A DNA stretch of 64,000 nucleotides from Candidatus Latescibacterota bacterium (lineage in GTDB: Bacteria; Latescibacterota; UBA2968; UBA8231): assembly GCA_965206595.1 (NCBI GenBank), contig OZ242214.1:6528001-6592000 (forward strand), read 5' to 3'. Position 1 is the first letter of the stretch. Every line of letters starts with the position of its first letter. This document shows positions 57,604 through 64,000 of this stretch, piece after piece. The notes under the pieces are model-generated. The model was not told where the DNA came from. It did not search any database and saw nothing but the letters and a program-made list of their open reading frames with translations. The translations under genes and the position numbers were made by a program.

Positions 57604-58497
57604 CTACTTCAGCAGGGCGGCGAGGGTGTTGTAGATGTCGGTGTGGCGGAAGGAAAACCCGGATTCTATGAGGGCGTGGGGCCGCACCCTCGTGCTGGCG
57701 AGCAGCAACTCCCGCGCCATGTCGCCGAGCGCCAGCTCGAGCAGGACGGCGGGGACCGGGGCGAGCGCGGGGCGGCGGAGCACCCGTGCCAGGGCCGCGG
57801 TGAATTCGCGGTTCGTCACCGGTCCGGGCCCCACGAGATTGACCGGCCCGGAAAGCGAGCCGGTCTCCAGGGCGAAGCAGATCCCCCTCAGGGCATCTTC
57901 GAGGCTGATCCAGCTGATGAACTGATCGCCGCTGCCGAGGCGGCCGCCGAGGCCGAGCCTGAAGGCCGGAAGCATCTTCGCCAGGGCTCCGCCGCGGGGC
58001 GTCATCACCACTCCGAGCCGAGGGAGCACCACCCGGATCCCGCCGCTGACCGCCGCTCCGGTGGCCGCCTCCCAATCGCCGGCGACCTCGGGGAGGAAGC
58101 CGCGGCCCGGTGGGCTCTCTTCGGTGAGCTCCTCGTCCCCGCGGTCTCCGTAGTAGCCGATCGCCGACATGCTGACCAGTACCTTCGGCCGCGGGTCGAG
58201 ACGGGCAAGGGTTTGCGAGAGAAGGCGGGTGCCCTCGATGCGGCTTTCGCGAACACGCCGCTTGCGGGCGGGGGTCCACCGCCGCACGATCGGTTCTCCC
58301 GCCAGGTGGACGGCGGCGTCGATCCCATGCAGGTCTTCCCCGGCGAGCGCCCCGGCCGCAGGGTCCCACCTCACCGGCTCCTCCCCGGCTGCCGGAATCC
58401 CGCGCACCAGGCGGACGACGGTGTGGCCGCGGCGCGCCAGCAGGAGGACGAGCTGCGACCCGATCAGGCCGGTCGACCCGGAGACCAGCACCCTCAT
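57604..58497 (-). CDS. YfcH-like NAD(P)-dependent epimerase/oxidoreductase (TIGR01777-type)
   Basis: ATG at 58497: MRVLVSGSTGLIGS, HLAGE, SRIEGT, SAIGYYG, WE, GG.LGSG.Q..SWI and F.F motifs. Confidence 0.9.
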   Translation of the reverse strand: MRVLVSGSTGLIGSQLVLLLARRGHTVVRLVRGIPAAGEEPVRWDPAAGALAGEDLHGIDAAVHLAGEPIVRRWTPARKRRVRESRIEGTRLLSQTLARLDPRPKVLVSMSAIGYYGDRGDEELTEESPPGRGFLPEVAGDWEAATGAAVSGGIRVVLPRLGVVMTPRGGALAKMLPAFRLGLGGRLGSGDQFISWISLEDALRGICFALETGSLSGPVNLVGPGPVTNREFTAALARVLRRPALAPVPAVLLELALGDMARELLLASTRVRPHALIESGFSFRHTDIYNTLAALLK

Positions 58498-59609
58498 GGC
58501 CGCGTATCCTCCAGGACCTCCCGCAGGGCACGGGCAAAGGCGGCACGCTGCGGACCGGTGCCTACCGTAACGCGGATGCAGCGGCTCTGGGGGGCCGCGG
58601 ACGGCATGCGCACGAAGACCCCGCGCTGCAGCAGTTCCTCCAGCACGCGGCGGGCCTCCTCCGGGGCGCCGATGTCGAAGCAGACAAAGTTCGCCGCCGA
58701 AGGCACCGCGGCCAGCTCGAGCTCCCGCGCCAGCTGTTCGTACTCCCGGCGCCCGGCGACGACCTGGTCGACCACCCCGGCGACGAAATCGGGGTCGCGC
58801 AGCGACGCCAGGGCGCCGGCCTGGGCGACGCGGTTGACGCCGAAGTGGTTGCGCACCTTTTCCAGGACCGCGACGACGTCGCCGGCAGCGATGGCGTAAC
58901 CGACGCGCCCGCCCGCCATGCCGTGGGCCTTGGAGAAGGTCCGCATGCGCACCGCGCGGCAGTCGCCGGGGGCGCCCGGCATGGCGGTTCCGGAAGGGGC
59001 GAAGTCGTTGTAGGCCTCGTCGACGATGGCGATGCACCGCGGCGGCAGGGAATCGACGAACCCCCGGATCTGCCCGCCGGAGTGCCAGGTGCCCATCGGG
59101 TTGTCCGGGTTGGCGAGGTACACGAGGTGGGCCCCGGTCTCGACCACACGGTCATGCAACCCCTGCAGGTCGACGCGGTCGCCGGCGTAGGGCACCTGCT
59201 CGAGGCGGCCGCCGAAGCCGCGCACGTGATAGTCGAAGGTCGGGTAGGAACCGCGGGAGGTGACCACCGGGTCGCCCGCCTCGACGACGATGCGAACCAT
59301 GAGGCCGAGCAGGTCGTCGACCCCGGCGCTTATGCAGAGCTCGCCCGGGTCGATTCCGTGGTGGACGGCGAGCGCCCCGGCGAGGTCGAAGTTCTCAGGG
59401 TCGTTGTAGAGGCAGAGCTCCCCGACCGCGGCGAGCATCGCTTCGCGGGCCCGTGGAGATATGCCGAAGGCGGACTCGTTGGCCCCGACGCGAACAGCGA
59501 TCTGGCTGCCGCTTCGCCGCTCCAGCGCTTCTGGACCTACGAACGGCACCGCGGCGGGCAGGCCGCGCAGGACTTTGGTCAGCGGCAGCGACCCGATCTC
59601 TTTGGCCAT
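58494..59609 (-). CDS. PLP-dependent aminotransferase, HisC-like (class I/II)
   Basis: PFVGPE, GANES, ANPDNPMG, DEAY, RTFSKAHGMAGGRVGY and IRVTVG motifs. Start MAKEIG at 59609. Confidence 0.85.
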   Translation of the reverse strand: MAKEIGSLPLTKVLRGLPAAVPFVGPEALERRSGSQIAVRVGANESAFGISPRAREAMLAAVGELCLYNDPENFDLAGALAVHHGIDPGELCISAGVDDLLGLMVRIVVEAGDPVVTSRGSYPTFDYHVRGFGGRLEQVPYAGDRVDLQGLHDRVVETGAHLVYLANPDNPMGTWHSGGQIRGFVDSLPPRCIAIVDEAYNDFAPSGTAMPGAPGDCRAVRMRTFSKAHGMAGGRVGYAIAAGDVVAVLEKVRNHFGVNRVAQAGALASLRDPDFVAGVVDQVVAGRREYEQLARELELAAVPSAANFVCFDIGAPEEARRVLEELLQRGVFVRMPSAAPQSRCIRVTVGTGPQRAAFARALREVLEDTRP

Positions 59610-59791
59610 GGGAAGCTGGGTGATGCGATCGGCACGGTGTGGGCCCGGCTGTCTGATGTGGAGTGAGAAAAACCTGCCGGGCACAGCAGCCGGGCGGGGG
59701 CTGAAGGCCCCGCAAGGTTCGGTGGAGTATGCGGCCGGGCTTCGACGCCGCGCCTGAAACTGCGAGCCCGTCTGTCCCTGGACTTTCCGCC

Positions 59792-62290
59792 TCACCCCAC
59801 CTCGACTTGATCAGGTCCGCAGCTGATTACGGCACCCGGATGACTCAGCGCCAACCCCTTGCTCAGGTCCTGCTGCTGCCAGGGCGCCCCGTGGACCAGG
59901 GCGATCTGCTTCGGCTTGAGCATGGACGCGTACTCGAGCAGCCCGGGCCGGTCGGCATGGGCGGAAAGCCCGAACTGCTTGGCCGGCATCGCGGCCTTGA
60001 ACTTGATCTCCCCTCTCTCTCCCTGCAGGCGAACGACCCGCGGACCTCCGGAGCCGGAGATGTCGAGCAACGCCCTGCTGGGCGCGCCCTCGTCCTGGTA
60101 GCCGGTGAGGACGATGCGGTGGCGGGCATCGGGAAGCAGGTGACGGGCGTACTCGACCACCGGACCGCCGGTGAGCATCCCCGACGTCGTCACTATGATC
60201 GACGGTATCTTCTGGGCTTCGCGGGCGATTTCATCCCGGCCTGTTTCGCCATGCACCTCGAGGACGGCATCCTGCGGCAAATCGAAATCAGAATGTTCGC
60301 GATAGACAGGGTTGATGGACTTTATCATCCCGTCGACGAAAACCGGGACGTCATCCCGGAGATCTCCCTCCTCCTTCGCCCTGAGTATCAACTTCAGCAG
60401 CTCCTGGGCTCGCCCCAGCGCGAACGAGGGGAGGATCACCGACCCCTTGCGGTTCTCCGTCGTATCCCTGATGAAGTCGACGAGCTCGGCCCGGGTCGAC
60501 TCGGGCTCCTGGTGTTTGGAGTTCCCGTACGTCGATTCCAGGACAAGGAGGTCGACCTCGCCGAGATCCTCGGGCCAGCTCGCGGCCGGAACGGTCAGTT
60601 GGGGAAATGAGGAGAAATCACCCGAGAAGAAAACACGGCGCCCGGTCTCCTCCTCGATAAGGAGGCTGGCGGCGCCGAGAATATGGCCTGCGGGGAAGAA
60701 CCGGATCGAGGCGCCGGGGAACGGCAGGGCCTTCTCGCTCCCGAACTCGCAGGCGAGCGCTAGCTCGGGCACCCGGCGCACGTCATCCCCCCCGTAACTG
60801 GCGACCACCTCCTCGGCATTGGCGATATGTTGCGCCTGCTCGCTGCGGATCGCCAGCTGGCGAACGTAGCGGGAGTGACCGTCTTCCAGCATTACCGGAA
60901 GCAGCGCCTTGGTAGCGGGGGAGCAGAAGATGTCGAGCTCGCCGAAGCGGTTTACGAGGGCGGGGATCCAACCGATATGGTCGGTATGCGCGTGCGTGAC
61001 GATGAGAGCATCGATGCGTTCGAGACCGTCGATCGGAGGATTGAACCCGGAAGACCCGCCCGGCTTTATGCCGCAGTCCACGAGAATCCGGCGCTCGCCC
61101 AGCTCGACGAGGTAGCAGCTTCTGCCGATCTCCGCGGATCCGCCGAGGGCGACGAACCGCAGGGAGGTCTTGCGCCGAAGCTTTTTCGGAGCGGCGACCC
61201 GGAACTTGGGATAGGCGTCGAGAAACGCCGACTTCAGCTTGCGATGGAGTCGCCACTCTTCGTCGGCTCGCGCCTTGGGTGAACCGGAGAGAATCAGGCG
61301 GTCCCGCTTGATGCGCTCCTCCTCCTCGTGAAGGAAATGCTGAACTGCCTGATCGCCGCGAGGGAGGTCGCCGAGCCTGGATTCCAGCTCCTTCACCCGC
61401 AACTCCTTGGTGGCGAGCTGCCTGGCGAGATCGCTCCGTTCCGCGGCCAGCTCCCCCTTTTCCCGGTCCAACCGGCGGTGCTCTCGCTGAATGTCCTCCC
61501 TGATCTGCTCCGCCTTGTCGAGATCCCGCTCGATGTTGATGCGGGCGGCATCGGACTTGCGGATCTGCTCCCGGACCCGTTCGACCTCCTCGACGACTCT
61601 CCGGTGCTCCCTTATTTCCTCCCGGTACTCCGCCCTGAGCTTCTCGAGCTCCTGCTCCTTCCGCTGCAAGCTCTTCTCGGCAAGCTCGGAGTTCCGCCTG
61701 GTCTCCCTGTACTCCCTGCTGGTTTTGCGAAGCTCCCTCCTCAGCTTCTTCTCTTCGTCGACACGGGCCGCGCCCTGCCGAAATCCGAGCGAGAGATTGC
61801 CATCCGCAAGAGGTACGAGCAACCGGAAAAGCTCTTCGGCGTCCGGGCCATCGAACCTCGACGCCCAGAGAACCGCGGCCAGGCGGCGCAGGCCCTCCTT
61901 CCTGTCCTGGAGCAAGCCTGACAGCGTCTCACTTTCCAGCAGATTCCCGGTCGCAATCTGCTCGACCAGTTCCTCGTTCTCCCGGCGGATCATCGAGCGG
62001 ATGAAATCGACCAGATCGTGATTGGGATACGCCCATAACAGTCTGTTTACCTCCTGTCTGGCAGTCCGGAACCTGTCCGGACGCATCCCGCGGCGATACC
62101 CCAGGGGAGGAGGCACGTGTCCGCAGTCGAGATTCGGACACTCCTTGGCGTGCTTCACCAGCTCCTCGATGGCAATTTCGATCGGCAGGGCAAGTACGGC
62201 CGGGGGCACCGTCTCCGCTCCCAACCGACCTTCCGGTATGCGGTCGCCGTGGGTAGCCCTGAGAACGGCGAGAGCAGGCGACAGTGTCAT
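59792..62290 (-). CDS. MBL-fold beta-CASP nuclease with a long N-terminal coiled-coil extension
   Basis: LGG..EIGRSC, DCG, THAHTDH, AGHILG, SGD, ESTYG, FALGRAQE, SGML, GYQ, SAHAD and VHG motifs. An E/K/R-rich helical region precedes the nuclease. Start codon uncertain. Confidence 0.85.
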   Translation of the reverse strand: MTLSPALAVLRATHGDRIPEGRLGAETVPPAVLALPIEIAIEELVKHAKECPNLDCGHVPPPLGYRRGMRPDRFRTARQEVNRLLWAYPNHDLVDFIRSMIRRENEELVEQIATGNLLESETLSGLLQDRKEGLRRLAAVLWASRFDGPDAEELFRLLVPLADGNLSLGFRQGAARVDEEKKLRRELRKTSREYRETRRNSELAEKSLQRKEQELEKLRAEYREEIREHRRVVEEVERVREQIRKSDAARINIERDLDKAEQIREDIQREHRRLDREKGELAAERSDLARQLATKELRVKELESRLGDLPRGDQAVQHFLHEEEERIKRDRLILSGSPKARADEEWRLHRKLKSAFLDAYPKFRVAAPKKLRRKTSLRFVALGGSAEIGRSCYLVELGERRILVDCGIKPGGSSGFNPPIDGLERIDALIVTHAHTDHIGWIPALVNRFGELDIFCSPATKALLPVMLEDGHSRYVRQLAIRSEQAQHIANAEEVVASYGGDDVRRVPELALACEFGSEKALPFPGASIRFFPAGHILGAASLLIEEETGRRVFFSGDFSSFPQLTVPAASWPEDLGEVDLLVLESTYGNSKHQEPESTRAELVDFIRDTTENRKGSVILPSFALGRAQELLKLILRAKEEGDLRDDVPVFVDGMIKSINPVYREHSDFDLPQDAVLEVHGETGRDEIAREAQKIPSIIVTTSGMLTGGPVVEYARHLLPDARHRIVLTGYQDEGAPSRALLDISGSGGPRVVRLQGERGEIKFKAAMPAKQFGLSAHADRPGLLEYASMLKPKQIALVHGAPWQQQDLSKGLALSHPGAVISCGPDQVEVG

Positions 62291-62755
62291 CTGCCCCTCC
62301 GGCCGGCTCCGGTATGCTGTTTCGAGGATTCCATCCTGTCCACGCTTAAATCCATTCTCCCTTACTTCGACGCCGCACCGTCCTGGCCGGGTCCTGCCGC
62401 CCTGTCTGCGGTGGTTGAAGTCGCTGTACGGGCGCTGAAATCGAAACGCGGGAAGGCGAATCAGATAGGGTTCAGCGAGCGCAAAGCGGTTGTCGACGGC
62501 ACAGGGCAAGCCTCCCATTACGCCCTGCCTCGCCGGCAGGCAGTCAGCCCGATTGGACGGTGCATATTCGTGCGCCCAAGGGTTGTTTTTCGCGGCGGAT
62601 TATAGCCCCTGAGGCCTGTTCCGGCAAGCAGCGGAAGGGGGGATCCCGGCCTGGAATCGAGGCTTTGCGGCACCCCGCCCCCGGAGAAAACAGGCCTCGC
62701 AGGGGCGCGCCCGGTCCCCGAGGCGCTCGATCTCTTCACCCGCAGGGCGTCTCTC

Positions 62756-63796
62756 TCATCGGCTCGCCGGTTGCTCCCACAGGGCACGCCTTCGCAGCAC
62801 TTCCTGCAACAGCGGGTGGACCAGCTCCGCCAACTCGCTGTTGGCGTAGGCGACCCAGTCCACCGGGGTCCTGACGTCGAGCGGGGGGCACAGCTGCCCG
62901 CCGTCGACGTCGGTGACGACGACGGCGGCCTCGCGCGCCGCCAGTTCGGTGCACAGGTCGTACGGATGGGCGCACGGTTCGCTGTACCTGCCTCCGGACA
63001 GCCTGCGCAGGGCCGTGGGGCGCACGTCGATGACGAAGCGGTCGCGGCCGGCCATCAGCTCGTAGAGCTGTCCGCCGGAGGAGATGTACTGATCCTCGAA
63101 GCAGGAGGCGCGTCCGTCGAAGGGGGTTCCGAGAACCGCCTCGAACAGCTCTTCGTCGATCCGGCCCAGAAGCTCGCGGGCACCCGGAAAGAAACGGACC
63201 ACGGTCGCGAAGCCGTGGCGCGGCGATGCCGCCGCAGACGGCGCCAGCCGCAGCGGCGTGCGCTCTCCGGTCAGCCGGTTGCAGCGCTCCGCCCCGACGC
63301 CCCCTCCCCTGAGGGCCCAGACCGCGTCGCTGAGGTGCTGCCTGACCAAGGGGATCTCGGTCTGCACGGCGACCTCGAGGTCGGCCAGGGTGGTTGCGGA
63401 GCCGCGGTCCGGGGCTGCCCCGGTCAGGATCCAGGCGCTCCGTTTCTGATGCATCAGGCCGCGGGTCCCGTCTATGGGATCGACGATCAGGCGCCAGCGC
63501 GACTCCTGCCGAGATGCACCCGGTGGCAGGACGAGGCTCCCATCCGGCAGCCCTTCGGCGATCAGAACCAGCGGGCCCGACTCCTCCGCCAGCTTTTCCA
63601 GGCCGGCGAGCAGCTCCTCTTCGACAAGGCGGTCGATGGCGTAGATCGTGTCCTCCGCGCCCTCCCGGTGCACTTGGGCAAGTCCTTCCTTCCCCGGCTG
63701 CCCGGCCGCCTCCTCGCAGGCGGCGACGACCCGGTCGCGCAGGCGCTCGTGCAGGCGCCTGACTGGATCGATCAATTCCTGGATGTCCCTACTCAT
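62756..63796 (-). CDS. Inositol monophosphatase family protein
   Basis: DTIYAID, AEG, IVDPIDGTRGL, FEDQY and HPYD motifs. Start MSRDIQ at 63796. Confidence 0.8.
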   Translation of the reverse strand: MSRDIQELIDPVRRLHERLRDRVVAACEEAAGQPGKEGLAQVHREGAEDTIYAIDRLVEEELLAGLEKLAEESGPLVLIAEGLPDGSLVLPPGASRQESRWRLIVDPIDGTRGLMHQKRSAWILTGAAPDRGSATTLADLEVAVQTEIPLVRQHLSDAVWALRGGGVGAERCNRLTGERTPLRLAPSAAASPRHGFATVVRFFPGARELLGRIDEELFEAVLGTPFDGRASCFEDQYISSGGQLYELMAGRDRFVIDVRPTALRRLSGGRYSEPCAHPYDLCTELAAREAAVVVTDVDGGQLCPPLDVRTPVDWVAYANSELAELVHPLLQEVLRRRALWEQPASR

Positions 63797-64000
63797 GGTG
63801 GTTACCCTTACCGGCCGGTTGAAACAACCTGATGCCTGAGCGCGAAAGCAAGCGTACGATCGGGGGCGCATCCGCGGCCGGGTTGAGGCAAAATCGTACC
63901 CGGCGCAGGCGGGCGGTGGCCACCTCGCCTGCAGTGCTATCCGGTCAGCGGGCCGTTACCTCGAAGAAAGAATCCCATGTGCGGCCGTTTCACCCTTCAC

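Noticed and set aside
58494-63796. HisC-like and IMPase-like genes as a histidine supply module for selenoneine
   Set aside because: They are more than 15 kb from the sen genes, belong to broad families and show no specific evidence of linkage.
1-64000. CRISPR arrays, tRNAs (including tRNA-Sec), rRNA, riboswitches, transposases and integrases
   Set aside because: None was recognisable by eye. Covariance-model searches would be needed to exclude small RNAs.

Overview
GC-rich bacterial chromosomal window with about 45 genes. The lineage is uncertain: a FlgD-Ig-type C-terminal secretion tail, TPR-fused membrane enzymes and a sulfatase/GH32 block would fit an FCB-group candidate phylum such as Latescibacterota (inference only). 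The centrepiece is a selenium locus at about 29-43 kb. It holds an EgtUV/Opu-like ABC importer next to egtD, and a PhnCDE-like putative selenate ABC transporter co-oriented with a selD that needs UGA read-through (CG-U-AAK with a bacterial SECIS hairpin). Divergent from selD lie senA and senB, so the selenoneine pathway is complete. At 57089-57484 a small membrane protein is split by an in-frame UGA followed by a similar SECIS-like hairpin, making it a candidate unannotated selenoprotein. At 46.2-55.2 kb an uncharacterised 8-gene operon is built around a GlmL-like actin-fold ATPase and a DUF6754-like membrane protein, with no glutamate mutase in the window. That operon is interrupted by a lower-GC insert flanked by a 43-bp duplication. 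Also present are a decaying defence island at 17.8-24.8 kb (PIN pair, DUF4011 helicase fused to a DUF3883 protein), an ABC-type ATPase plus TOPRIM-like pair, a coiled-coil beta-CASP nuclease and several gene remnants. No rRNA, tRNA, CRISPR array, transposase or integrase was recognised. All family calls come from motif recognition by eye, not from database searches.
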